Assembly: GCF_001194135.2 (NCBI RefSeq)
Contig: NC_068986.1
Location: forward strand, 36,724,730-36,768,688
Direction: 5' to 3'
Length of the DNA: 43,959 nucleotides
Source of the DNA: Octopus bimaculoides
Lineage: Eukaryota
The position numbers and the translations under genes are program-made. Positions 1 to 12,139 of this stretch are shown here, in pieces. Under the pieces are notes generated by a model. It saw only the letters and a program-made list of their open reading frames with translations. It was not told the origin of the DNA and did no database searches. The first letter of the stretch is position 1, and the number at the start of each line of letters is the position of its first letter.

Positions 1-247
1 TATAATAAAAAAATATTCAGACAAATACATAACAAAACCACCAGGACTTACAAATATATATAACATACAGAAAATTGCACTACTGGGTACTGCACACATT
101 CTACGCAAAACACTTTCAATACAGTAAACATAAGAGCACCACAGGAAACCACAGCACATACCCAAGGCGCACAGAGCTGCGCTCGGTAGTGAAGTGAAAG
201 CACGTTATAAAAATAAAACTACTGGACAATAATAATAATAATAATAA
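1..247 (+). mobile_element. 3' end of R4/Dong-clade non-LTR retrotransposon (ORF C-terminus, 3'UTR, (AAT)n tail)
   Basis: Frame 2-127 reads IIKKYSDKYITKPPGLTNIYNIQKIALLGTAHILRKTLSIQ*, matching the QK.ALLGTA.ILRK.L terminus typical of R4/Dong REL-endonuclease ORFs. About 100 bp of UTR follows, then (AAT)n from 228, the known Dong target type. Confidence 0.75.
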
Positions 248-1337
248 CAACAACAACATCGAAAAATACCTTTCTTGGATATAGAGCCACCCATAACGTA
301 GATGAATGGTGTGTCGTTTCGACATTGCGTGCAGCAAGTGATAATGAATTATCAATGGTTTTTAAGTATCATCATCTCAATTTGAGAGCGCCTTCTTTAG
401 AATCCTTGCCATTCGAATTTCGGTCCCATTCTTCATCCCTAATGTTATTTTCTTTTCTATTCAGTGATCAGTTCCATCGGGACTATTTCAACTCCTTTCA
501 TCATTTACCTAAGACCTTTTCACATTCTCAGTTGAAAATTTGTTTGCATATACTTTGCCATTCATTATTGTTAGTTTGATTTAATAAGTTCCAGCTAATT
601 GGTCTAATCCACAATAGCCAAACGAAGATTTGAAGCCATTATAAGGAATCAATACTCAGTAAAAAATTATCTGCGTTCTGAATAATATCATATCTGAACA
701 GATGTAACATTTTACTTATCTGGATTTTAAAGGTAAAGGATGGGCGTCTGGCAAAATACCTTCCGATTTTTCATCTGGGATTTTACATTTTATGTTCAAC
801 TGCTGAAGGTCAGCATTTCAGGATCGATACAATAATTTCTTGTCAAGTACGGAAGACGATGATACCGACAGGCCTCATCCTCAAAATACGTGACCTTTTG
901 CCTGTATTAGAAACGATTATCACGTATTCTATAAAATAAGAATAGGAAATAAGTCGGTTTCCTATGCCTCAATAAACCTCCCTTCGAAAATTATGACGAT
1001 ATATCTAATTAAGATGAAAGGTTATTGTATTTCCATGATTTGTTGTGTCCTTTCTGCATCTGCATTCTCACTTGGAAAGGAACTGATTGAGTTGCCGACA
1101 TTTCTTTCGCTTTTTCAGTAATTGCTATGTTTAAGGAGCAGGGTGTTATATTCTCTGCTGCTTTTAGAATTATCATTTTTTTAAAATCTCGTTAACGTAT
1201 TCGGTATGTATCCAGTCTTTGGGCAGCAGTTATATGTTTCTTATATGTTCTTTTACACACAAACTCACACAGACACACATATACACACGCACACGTACGT
1301 CACATACATGTATATGTCTGTGTGTATGATATATTTC

Positions 1338-1509
1338 TTATACAATCCTTTGTGTCTTAATTTCTTTGTTTATTCGATGCATTAATAAGCTACTATTGAT
1401 TCTAATCTCATTCGCTATATACTGTGCCATGGAATCTTTTAAGTTTCGTGCATTGTTAAATTCTATACGTTTTAACCAGCAATATGTAGTGCGAAAGAGT
1501 TCGCGATAT
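1338..1509 (-). CDS. Candidate terminal coding exon of an uncharacterised minus-strand gene
   Basis: Acceptor cttgtgttctcacag|A (phase 2); open frame YRELFRTTYCWLKRIEFNNARNLKDSMAQYIANEIRINSSLLMHRINKEIKTQRIV*; phase-compatible with the 2728-2799 candidate. No homology recognised. Confidence 0.33.
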
Positions 1510-1983
1510 CTGTGAGAACACAAGTGTTTCGCTCTTTGTATGAGATAACATAATCAGGTATTTTGTAATATTTTTTTTAATTAGTCTGCACTGAGAGTTT
1601 CTGGCTAGATTGTAGCTTTGTCATTGTTAGCTGCAGTTTTTAATGCATGCGTGCAGCCATTTTCCTTTCAAGAACCTAAAATAATTGTTGCAATCATGTA
1701 GCAACACGATTGATAGAAGGTGTTAAATGTGATGCCTGCTGCTTCAGACTAAGATAACTACAGTCTTAACAACAAAATCGTATGACTCTTAAATAAATTG
1801 CAGTGTCTCAATAATAGTAATGTGTTGTTAATAATGTTGAAAAGGATGAGTAGTTATCTGAAAATTGGTTTTAGTTACAAATATAGAAAGAGAAGAATGC
1901 ATTTCATCAATATGTTTCCATTTGCTAAGAAGGGATCCAGGATTCAACACGATTGGCCTGACTGGTTTATATGAATCCGAAAT

Positions 1984-2130
1984 AAGGCGGCGAGCTGGCA
2001 GAATCGTTAACAAGGTGTGCAAAATGCTTGGTGGCATTTTGTCCGTCTTTACGTTGTGAGTTCAAATTCTGCCGGGGGTCGACCTTGCCTTTTATCCTTT
2101 TGGTATCGATAAGATAAGTACCAGTTGAAC
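1984..2130 (+). mobile_element. tRNA-derived SINE, family A (5' part)
   Basis: aaggcggcgagctggcagaatcgtta head (A-box-like TGGCAGAATCG), B-box-like GAGTTCAAATTC, then gtcgac..tgcctt..atcc..tcgataa core shared with the copies at 4.5, 28.0, 40.5, 41.3 and 41.7 kb. Confidence 0.85.
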
Positions 2131-2727
2131 AATTGCTGATCTGGAGCCAATATTTGAGACCCACATATAATCTGAAACAAATAGCTGGTTTTAATGTACT
2201 TGCATGATTCTGAACCATGTTGCAAATGTAATTTAATTGTTGATATTTAATAATACAAGTGCTGTAAGTGGATACAAAAACGAACAGTCTTCCAAAATTA
2301 TTAAACCCTAAACGAGAGAATATCTCTTAGCTGTCTTTCATGAGCTAAAGATGGTGATCCATTTTCTTTTGTGTTATATATTTTATGTAAAACTCATCAT
2401 TCGATACTCATCATTTAATCGAAGTTTCAAACAATGACCACTGATCACACTGGTCTTAGGATGAATTGGGCACCAATTTCTCAAGGATTAAAAGGAACTC
2501 ATCACTCAACGATATCAAATTTCTCTTTTGTGAAACACAGTACATCTCTATATTATTACAATACCTCACTAGTTTCTACGTATGATGAATTACGGGGGAT
2601 TTTGCGAGTTTACTATATTGGTTGGTGTTGTGATAGCTAACACCCTACCCAATGTAACACAACCACTCCTTGATTGGATGTATACAACATAATCCAATCA
2701 ATAATTTCAAAGTATGTCCCTGCTTAC

Positions 2728-2799
2728 TTCCCTTCCCCAATATATCTATCTGTGAATAGTCTCGGAAATGGCCGTATCAATAGCACAGCTTCGAAGAGC
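2728..2799 (-). CDS. Candidate 72-nt internal coding exon (phase 2 to 2)
   Basis: Acceptor ctcatgctctttgcag|G and donor AA|GTAAGC; open frame LFEAVLLIRPFPRLFTDRYIGEG(K). Confidence 0.35.
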
Positions 2800-3337
2800 C
2801 TGCAAAGAGCATGAGCCCTTCTCCTTTCACCGCCTCTGGCTAATGTATGAAAAGGATTACTTTACATTTAATAATTATCATTGAGAATAAATCCATTATT
2901 ATTTAAGGAACTGTCATTCTTTGTAGCGAACTTAATATTTGATAACATCAATTTAACTAAATGGCCCATTATTTCAACCAAGAAATCATCAATTAAAGAC
3001 GAAATTGTGATGAATAGCTATATGTACAATTATATCGATATTGTGCATTATCTGAATAATACAATTTATGTTGCCTAATGTAAGCAATTGTAATGTTTAT
3101 AAACAACTTAATGCGACTTCAAATTTCATTTTATATGTGCAAGTAATATCTAAGGTAATAACTAGCGAAATGAAGTGTTATGCCAACAATATCTATACTT
3201 CCTAATTGGAATTTTAAAGCTTGCATCGAAGATAATACACTTTCGTGCCGAACACTGATAAACTTCATTTCATGTACGCCAGCAATGTCCAACAAAATTA
3301 ATATTTTACCACCAATATATAAAGCTACTACCAGGGC

Positions 3338-3481
3338 ACTGGGGTGACTGCATGGATCAGAAGCTTTCTAGGTAACCACGAATCTTGAGTTCGATTCCAT
3401 GGCGCGGCATTTTCGGCAAGTTCTTTGGATTCAATAATAACTTGTGGGTAAGATTTACTAGATGAAAACTACGTAGAAACC
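3338..3481 (+). mobile_element. Decayed SINE, family B head, truncated by gap
   Basis: agaagctt..aaccac..gagttcgattcca..gcggca..ggcaag..ttgtg.gt.gattt..tagatgaaaact aligns by eye with the better copy at 37803-37960. Confidence 0.65.
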
Positions 3482-4471
3482 NNNNNNNNNNNNNNNNNNN
3501 NNNNNNNNNNNNNNNNNNNNNNNNNNNNNNNNNNNNNNNNNNNNNNNNNNNNNNNNNNNNNNNNNNNNNNNNNNNNNNNNNNNNNNNNNNNNNNNNNNNN
3601 NNNNNNNNNNNNNNNNNNNNNNNNNNNNNNNNNNNNNNNNNNNNNNNNNNNNNNNNNNNNNNNNNNNNNNNNNNNNNNNNNNNNNNNNNNNNNNNNNNNN
3701 NNNNNNNNNNNNNNNNNNNNNNNNNNNNNNNNNNNNNNNNNNNNNNNNNNNNNNNNNNNNNNNNNNNNNNNNNNNNNNNNNNNTTTTGTTTGTGTATATT
3801 GGTAAAGATATCGACGAGAAAAACGAAAAGCAGTTTCCGGCATAATATTTGGCACAGCTTTGTAACTACCGTCACAGATAATGTATTGAATCAGTGATTG
3901 GTTTGTTGGAAATCCGTTACTAGCGTGGCGGCTGTTGCACGTAGATTGCTATATAACAGAAAAAAACGTGTTTTCTACATTATTCCGTTGTATTGGAGAA
4001 TCTTCGTAGTTTGCAGTGACAGCTTTTAAATCACAGAAACTGCCTAAGTGTATTGATTTTCCTTCATTCCAACAAAGGAAATGAATCTGCACAGATGTGC
4101 CCTTTCGAAATACAATGATTAGTTATGCCCTCAAGCTTATTTTCAAGAAAGAATGGTTTACGTGTGCGATTGAGAATTATGCCCTGGACTAAATAATTAA
4201 CAAGTTATGTGAAAAAAATTATATAACTGTTCCTTAGTAAAATGTCCAAAACGTTGTACCACCAACAGCCAATTTCAATTCTTCCCACATATTTAGCTAT
4301 TTTCTTACAGCAATCCAAAATATACACTGTTTCTGCTGAAAGCCAACCAAAAAGTGCATGTTTCTATGTGATCATAAGACTTGCGAGAAATAGCTGTCAA
4401 ATCCCACCTAAATGATACACTACTCCTATCGAAGTAGAAGAGCACATTAGATATTGTAATACTAAATAACC

Positions 4472-4570
4472 CTTAGCGGCATTTCGTCCGTCTTTACGTT
4501 CTGAGTTCAAATTCCGGCGAGGTCGAATCTGTCTTTTATCCTTTCGGGTTCGACAAAATAAATACCAGTT
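4472..4570 (+). mobile_element. SINE family A internal fragment
   Basis: cttagcggcatttcgtccgtctttacgttctgagttcaaattccggcgaggtcga...atcctttcgggttcga, nearly identical to the corresponding part of the 40.5/41.3 kb copies. Confidence 0.85.
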
Positions 4571-5438
4571 CAGTAATTGCCTTCTTTGTGCTAGAACTTT
4601 AAACCAGTATTACATTGCTCTTACGAACTAAAGGGTCATAGATAGCGTGATTTTTTTTTTTTATTATGGGTTTCCTAAACCAAAGTTGAAAACACAGAAC
4701 TGAATAATAACAATAATGAAAATAATGCCTTTCTGTAAATATATTCTTTCCCATATTTCCAAAATATTTTCTCATTCGAATCAATACATTAGCGCATTTA
4801 AGTGAGTGGCATGGGCAAATTTGCTATGGCGTCCGGAAGTATTCANNNNNNNNNNCAACTCAGAATACGTTGCTTTTCGTTCACATAGAACTGGCCAAAT
4901 AAAATACCGGATTATTTATTGCTGGGGCCTACACAATCGACTATATACCCCCTTATATATATATATATAAATGGAGTTACATGCAGGTGTTATTCAAATT
5001 ATTTTACTTCCGACACATGTTTCAAAGATATCACTGGTATTATTCCAAAGGAATAAAATGGTGTAAAACAATGAAATCTTCTCTTCAGGGAAATGAAGAA
5101 ATGAAACTCGTCAATAAGACATTTTAACAGAAAAATGATGGATATGTATAGTGATTAACTGAACGCTAATAAGTTTGTTTCGAAACAACGTTAGATGATA
5201 TAACGTTAAAGATAGCCCATAGAAAGAGGAAGGGTTTAAAGAAAGAAGACACCAAATGAATGAAAAGTATATAACTATATGTATATTAAATAAAACTATT
5301 TATATTTGGAAAAAAGATATATTTAGTGAATTAATTTGGTTTTTAAAAGACCACAATAAACAATTAAATTTAGATGGGTTGATTCTCTCAATCTCGATAA
5401 CTTATGACAAAGGCAAGGAATGATGACACAACCGATAA

Positions 5439-6070
5439 GAAGGAGGATTTAAGAGTCGCTATGCTTATCACATAGCTTCTTGTGTCATAAGGTTGAAAGA
5501 AAAAGCTACTAAGTTGGCTAACCACGTATGGAGTTCATAATTTACCGCAAAACTGCATACGATAAAGTGTTAAATAATCGAAAAATCCGCACCTTATGTT
5601 AACGGATCAAAAAATGAAAGCTATACTTAGCTGAAAGAGCTCGAGTTCTTTTCAGATCTAAGTGCTCTAACTCGCTGCTGAACATTAGATCTGAAATTTT
5701 CGGCTGTTGTAAGCATATGCCTAAGTTCCTGTTGAAGAATTTGAGAAGTTCCTACTCCATTTGATTAACTGTACCATACACTCTAAGTTACTATCTTTTC
5801 AGCCTTATCATTCATTGCTTAAGGGAAACGACTGTTTTCGTCTTTTGCTTCTTTCTGATTAATTTTTCGTTTCCCAACTTCTAAACCTTCCACTTTTTCT
5901 ATATACATCCTTCTCGCCTTCTTTTCTCATTCAGCTTTTCGTTCGTTATGCCCTGTGGGCTGTGACTGATCGTTGGGCTAAGATGTTAGAAGTGTTCTAG
6001 AACATCGTTTGGCATGTTCCCAGCGATGAAACTAGTAGTAGCGCATAAAAACATCTATCGTGTCTATTAA
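5439..6070 (+). mobile_element. Penelope-like element 3' fragment: decayed GIY-YIG endonuclease C-terminus plus 3'UTR/pLTR
   Basis: Across frameshifts reads EGGFKSRY..HSF / ATKLANHVWS / SAPYVNGSK / KLYLAER....LLNIRSEIFGCCKHMPKFLLKNL, the typical C-terminal Penelope endonuclease pattern (T.L..H.W; PY.NGSK.C.LCL.EK; LLN.RSE...C.H..KF). Followed by a pyrimidine-rich UTR. Confidence 0.8.
5961..6045 (+). ncRNA. Degenerate type I hammerhead-ribozyme-like motif in the Penelope pLTR
   Basis: tgtga|CTGA...; stem II atcgttggg(5969-77)/cccagcgat(6019-27) enclosing a nested gatgtt/aacatc + agaa/ttct hairpin; then GAAAC-TAGT-AGTA|gcgca. The core CUGANGA is shortened, so it is probably inactive. Confidence 0.45.
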
Positions 6071-7091
6071 ATATTTATCTCTCACACGATGGACGTGAAG
6101 ATGCTGTTGCTGGGCAATCAACACTTCCAAATATATATATAATCAATTCAACGAAAAGAAAACATATCGTATGTTGTAAAATAAATTAAAACAAGTAAGT
6201 TTTCCAGTCTTGCAACACTTGTTTCGTTAGTTTTGGGGTTTTGGTTTTGATGTGTACATAATAGAGCTACTCAAATTATGCGAAACACCAATCAGCTCCC
6301 AAGCTTGGTAGGCAATTTCTCAAAGCGGAGTGATGTAACGAATTGTTGTGAGATCCATTGATTCTCAACAAAGCTCGTTGGTTAGTTTGTTGCATAACCT
6401 GAATAGTTGTATTATGTTTGCATCATACCAAAAACACCTAACGTGTTATCTTAGCATAACCCGGATATCTCTTCGTTTGTTGTAGTGTGAGCGTGTGCGT
6501 GCGCGTGTGCGTGAGTGTGTGTGAGAGTGTGTGTCTGTGTGTGCGTATACGTATACGTCCTTTCGGTGCATCAGGGTAGTCGATAGCCCTGATTAGACTG
6601 CTACACGTTTCTTTTGTATTGAGTACTTTTATTGATTGTTATAAGTAATTATATGCTATCAAATCATGTTATATAATACATATATTTCCCTGCTTTTAGC
6701 ATTTTCATTTTTATACTACTCTCTTTTTAAAACGAGTTTTCTTGTGTCTGACAATTTACTGTATCATTCTTGTTGTTCAACACATTGCCATCATAGTTCA
6801 TTCAACGCCAATATATATTTCTCTTTACTAAATACAATGTCTTTTCTTAACTTGCTGTATTTTAAACATTCCCTAAGTGTACATTAGTAAATAGAAAAAT
6901 TAGCAACGTAGGATTTAGTCGAAACTAAAGAAAACCTCTGCGAAATGTGACTTGAATATTTAATGCAGAATTGCACAGTAATGCTACTTGAAATGTGAAA
7001 CAATTAAAATAAGAATTTAAAACTCCGTCTTTAACAGATGATACCTTTTGTCGTGATGAACTGAATTAATAAATTCTTTAGTTGATGTATG

Positions 7092-7096
<5 letters not shown>

Positions 7097-7140
<44 letters not shown>

Positions 7141-8134
7141 NNNNNNNNNNNNNNNNNNNNNNNNNNNNNNNNNNNNNNNNNNNNNNNNNNNNNNNNNNNN
7201 NNNNNNNNNNNNNNNNNNNNNNNNNNNNNNNNNNNNNNNNNNNNNNNNNNNNNNNNNNNNNNNNNNNNNNNNNNNNNNNNNNNNNNNNNNNNNNNNNNNN
7301 NNNNNNNNNNNNNNNNNNNNNNNNNNNNNNNNNNNNNNNNNNNNNNNNNNNNNNNNNNNNNNNNNNNNNNNNNNNNNNNNNNNNNNNNNNNNNNNNNNNN
7401 NNNNNNNNNNNNNNNNNNNNNNNNNNNNNNNNNNNNNNNNNNNNNNNNNNNNNNNNNNNNNNNNNNNNNNNNNNNNNNNNNNNNNNNNNNNNNNNNNNNN
7501 NNNNNNNNNNNNNNNNNNNNNNNNNNNNNNNNNNNNNNNNNNNNNNNNNNNNNNNNNNNNNNNNNNNNNNNNNNNNNNNNNNNNNNNNNNNNNNNNNNNN
7601 NNNNNNNNNNNNNNNNNNNNNNNNNNNNNNNNNNNNNNNNNNNNNNNNNNNNNNNNNNNNNNNNNNNNNNNNNNNNNNNNNNNNNNNNNNNNNNNNNNNN
7701 NNNNNNNNNNNNNNNNNNNNNNNNNNNNNNNNNNNNNNNNNNNNNNNNNNNNNNNNNNNNNNNNNNNNNNNNNNNNNNNNNNNNNNNNNNNNNNNNNNNN
7801 NNNNNNNNNNNNNNNNNNNNNNNNNNNNNNNNNNNNNNNNNNNNNNNNNNNNNNNNNNNNNNNNNNNNNNNNNNNNNNNNNNNNNNNNNNNNNNNNNNNN
7901 NNNNNNNNNNNNNNNNNNNNNNNNNNNNNNNNNNNNNNNNNNNNNNNNNNNNNNNNNNNNNNNNNNNNNNNNNNNNNNNNNNNNNNNNNNNNNNNNNNNN
8001 NNNNNNNNNNNNNNNNNNNNNNNNNNNNNNNNNNNNNNNNNNNNNNNNNNNNNNNNNNNNNNNNNNNNNNNNNNNNNNNNNNNNNNNNNNNNNNNNNNNN
8101 NNNNNNNNNNNNNNNNNNNNNNNNNNNNNNNNNN

Positions 8135-8170
<36 letters not shown>
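7097..8170. repeat. (AT)n microsatellite flanking a 994-N assembly gap (7141-8134)
   Basis: Pure AT dinucleotide runs on both sides of the N-run. Confidence 0.95.
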
Positions 8171-8185
<15 letters not shown>

Positions 8186-8469
8186 ATATATATATATATT
8201 CCAACTATATATATATATATATATATACATGAGAGAGAGAGAGAGAGATCTTGGTTTTAATACTTTGTACATATATAATATCTTTTATCTTTATTTTCAA
8301 TGACTACGGTACGTGATAATGTCTCATTGTAATGCAGCAAACTATTATTGAATGGATTGAATGATTAGCTGTATATTCGGAAGGAGCTATTATGTCCAAA
8401 TTATGTAAAATATTATTATTGAACCTAAGATCAAGGTAGCTTACTATTTTGAAATTGCATTTAGTTAAA

Positions 8470-9180
8470 AGCTATGGAGGTACTTCTCAAAATTTTGGGC
8501 TGTTCAATTATATTTCTAAACATAAGAAAACTCATCGCCGTATGATACTCCAAGTACATTGAGGGACCCGGAATGTAAACAATATGTAGTCCAACCAAAT
8601 CACTCCTAAATTTGTTTCCACACTGCGTCAAGCAGAATGTTGGAGCGTTTCTTAATTCATAATGTATTCCCGTAGCAAATATTTTACGAGTGTGCAAAAT
8701 TATAATTGTCATAATTGAAAATGTCAATGCGAATTTGACGCATCCGTTACTCGACGTTCAGAAATATTGGGTGAAATGTCTGTACATCAAATTATGATAC
8801 ATCGGATTTAAACCACGTGATAACTGCACTGGAAGTTTTCCAAAGTGTTAGATAGGACGCTGCCTTCATTCTAAGAATCATTTCATCAATAATGAACGTG
8901 CTGGTTATTCCAATGTTAGTTTTGCTTTGATTGATAAGTTTACTTGCTGGAATGCTGGCAAAGGTTGAATGTAGTGCTTAAAAGGAACGTACAGGTTTGA
9001 CAACATTAAGAATCCCACACTATTTTTAGTTTCTGATTCGCTTTCATTTTTTGTTTGTTTTGACATTAATATCGGGTAAAGTTGAGAAACTAAACATTTT
9101 TTATTCGTTAGTAATGGTATTTGCAATAAATTAATGGTAGCTCGATCGATTGATTTTGTGGATAATTTATCTATCATATA
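8470..9180 (-). mobile_element. Penelope-like reverse transcriptase remnant (pseudogenised)
   Basis: Minus strand, with stops and shifts: KLINQSKTNIGITSTFIIDEM..LWKTSSAVITWFKS..FDVQTFHPI..IILHTRK..DLVGLHI..YGDE. This parallels the Penelope RT pattern RLINPAK..IG..SK.ILD / W.NT..VI.WF / FDI..FYPSI / IMH.RK / ELVGLYI / YRDD. Confidence 0.75.
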
Positions 9181-10456
9181 GATATATTTATCTAAGGATA
9201 CAAATTTATAATTTTAGATTAAAACATTTAAATTTCGAAATCTTGTTCAAACATCATATGGCAACTCAGTAACAAATACACATTTGGGGAAGCATCCTAA
9301 TTAAGACCACATTCCCCGGGAAGCCAAGTAAGGCTTCGACATTTTAAATTCCACACATTTTGGATACACTTATTTCTTTGTCACTGTGTCTATGTTGTTC
9401 CATCTTTCGTTACCTCTTTCAATTTTTCCCTAAATTTATATGTTAGATTCTATGTGCAATTACATGAAAGCGTGGCTCAAGGGGCCAAACTAAATTGATC
9501 TGAAAGATGTGCACTGATCAGTATTCAATACTATTCATCCAATTTTGAACAAGGGGACTTTGCAGTAAACTTGAATTAATTTTCACACTTCTCGAATATG
9601 TAAGGATATTTTTTTAAATTGATCTTTTTAAAGCTTATTTTAACTATAATTATATATATATTTAAAACTTCAGTTATAATAGCTAATAAAAAAAGAACGA
9701 AATAACCTGTTGCAGGTAGGATATTATACTTGCAACATAAAAATCGTACCAATATACTTATTTTCTTCTCTTTAGGTTGTTTTCGCTAAATTCGGGCAAC
9801 ATCAGAACGTGTGTTTATGCATTTTACAACATTTCAGTCATTGAGATTAGGCCTTAGGAGACAGACGCGCTGTTAGTATGAAGTTCAGTTTCTACTAATC
9901 ATTTAATCATTTGACTTTCACAACGTTTCGACTTGTATGAGAAAATAATGATAATCTAATGATTATCTTCGTTTTTGTTCAAAAATACCTTTTGATATTA
10001 GATACCAGTGCATTTTCTTTATCAGCCACGAAGAGTACTGAAGAAATAGTAATACAAATACACGACTGTATTTTTGTACAATGTAGAAATGGTTGCCTGG
10101 GTTATCAGTAATAAATACATTTAACATGTATGGTCAGCTGTTAAATTGGTGATTCATCATATTGTACGATACACGGTGAGATGTAAATTGTTTACTTGAA
10201 CTTGATATGAAGTTTACTAAATTGTATGTTTCTGTATATATGTATGCATTTATATATGTATGCGTCGTAGATTGTATGTATAGATGCATCTATATGTATT
10301 CACACACACGCACGCACGCGCACACAAACACACACACATATATTGATCAGACTAACGGAAGATTTTATACACCGCTGTTCACAATGCACCTGCGTTTCTT
10401 CACATTATAGTAGCTTTCGAATGATGCCATCCCCCTAGTTTGGTGGACAGACCATA

Positions 10457-10540
<84 letters not shown>

Positions 10541-10874
10541 AAATATTCAGCTGTCAGATTACTTTGTTCCTTTCCGATGTTATTTGAATCAACACGAAAA
10601 ATATTTTTCATGCAGGCATTTATGAGTGAGGTCTTTTGTAGCTCTATTCTTCTGCAGCTGTAGTTTAATTATTTATGAAATTTTAATAAATTTAACTTCT
10701 TGTAGACAAATGACAGAGGAGTGCCAAGTAGAAAATAATGAGCAATTTTCACCATCTGCTTCTCTTCGCTTTCAGCTACGATTCCAAAGCTGCCAAACAA
10801 AATGATAGCAATAACGAGAAAAACAATTTGTTATTGGTTGACACTCGATGTCATCCTTAACTGAACAGACGTAC

Positions 10875-11014
10875 GATAAAAGGAATTCAACCAAGAACCA
10901 TCTTCCCTTTTGTGTGCATTTAAGAATAAATTCAAAGAATTCCATTTCTTTCTCCAGATAGCAAGGTGTCGTGTGAGAAAAATTAAGTAACGATGATATT
11001 TCGAATAGATTAAG
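10875..11014 (-). CDS. Candidate internal coding exon (phase 0 to 2)
   Basis: Stop-to-stop frame 10772-11014 is open for 80 codons (not in the track); acceptor cttctacgtggtag|C, donor TC|GTACGT; LNLFEISSLLNFSHTTPCYLEKEMEFFEFILKCTQKGRWFLVEFLL(S). A second frame on this strand is also open, which weakens the case. Confidence 0.3.
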
Positions 11015-11148
11015 CTACCACGTAGAAGGGTTTCTTTTTCATTTCGGAGTCGTAGGAAACAATACAATGCCCAGTACTAACATTCTTTTAAACAAGATAG
11101 TAATATTCTTTTAAACGAATAAATTTTGCTACATTTGACTATAGCAGG

Positions 11149-11214
11149 AAAAGGTAAAACATATAGTCAAGAAAAAGGTAAAGCATATAGTCAAGTAAAA
11201 GGTAAAACATATAG
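11149..11214. repeat. 24-bp minisatellite, about 2.75 copies
   Basis: aaaaggtaaaacatatagtcaaga / aaaaggtaaagcatatagtcaagt / aaaaggtaaaacatatag. Confidence 0.9.
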
Positions 11215-11849
11215 ACTCTATGGATCTCGAAAAGATGACCAGTAAATCAATGAATGCAAATTATAGCCCTAAATTACATTTGAATAATAGTTGCCACTAT
11301 TATCTATATATATATATATATATATATTAGAACCGTATCTTGAGTATAAGAACCGTTCACTTATCATAGCGGAAACTATCATTTCCGAACGAAACATTGT
11401 CATAAATTTTCATCCGCTATATTTAGTGTCTTGAAAGATTTATGAGAATATAAAAGCAAAATATATTTGAGATGGATGTGTGTTTTCAATTGTTGCTGTG
11501 ATAATGGTGAGGGTGGTGGTGGTGATGGGGGTGTATGGTCGAGGGAGTAAGGAAAATGTTTAATGGTATTAAAAGAGACAGTTCTGTCATTTCCTAAGAT
11601 GTATCAAGAAACCTGTTGTGAGAACAAAAGAAAGGAATAGAAAGGGGGTAACAGCAAGAAGGAAGCTTTATGATGATAGGAAATGACTTCGTGCGTTACC
11701 GTAAAATGCAGGGTAATTGTGCAAAAATATAACAACAGATATATACATACATGGCTGAATTGATAAATGTGTGGATAGATAAGGAGAGGGATAGATTGAT
11801 GTAGAGAGGGTTTACATAGTTAGCTATCTAAATAGCTTGGTAGATAGAT

Positions 11850-11898
11850 GAATAGATGGATGGATGGATGGATGGATGGATGGCTAAATGGATGGATG

Positions 11899-11946
<48 letters not shown>

Positions 11947-11990
11947 CGTACATGCATACATACATACATACATACATACATACATACATG
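11850..11990. repeat. Compound (GGAT)n(GATA)n(CATA)n microsatellite
   Basis: Directly visible tetranucleotide runs. Confidence 0.95.
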
Positions 11991-12139
11991 AACGGAAACA
12001 TGGGTAGAAGAATAGAGAGGTAGGTGGATGGATAGATGGATATTTTGTTATAAGGAAAGGGAGAAAGAAACATGGCTGGGTGGATAAATAAACAAATAGA
12101 TATAAATAAGTAGGGTATGCATGCTGAAAACTGAAAACG

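Noticed and set aside
1030-1110. hAT dimerisation-like PSENADAERT on the minus strand
   Set aside because: Too short, flanked by stops, and no other hAT features.
7017-8303. Long ORFs of 380-410 aa in the track (also 19928-21001, 28495-29103, 36911-37837)
   Set aside because: They consist of N-gap X residues and dinucleotide-repeat translations.
8860-8960. Helitron helicase (ALHSTF...IIDEM looks like AHSTF...IIDE)
   Set aside because: The flanking motifs (LINQSK, WKTSSAVITWF, FDV..FHP, LVGLHI) fit a Penelope RT in order and spacing; no DFRQ motif.
9778-9812. Hammerhead-like ctgatgttgcccgaatttagcgaaa on the minus strand
   Set aside because: The core lacks A9 and there is no convincing stem I, II or III.
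11149-11214. CRISPR-like array
   Set aside because: Contiguous tandem units with no spacers, in a eukaryotic context with no cas genes.
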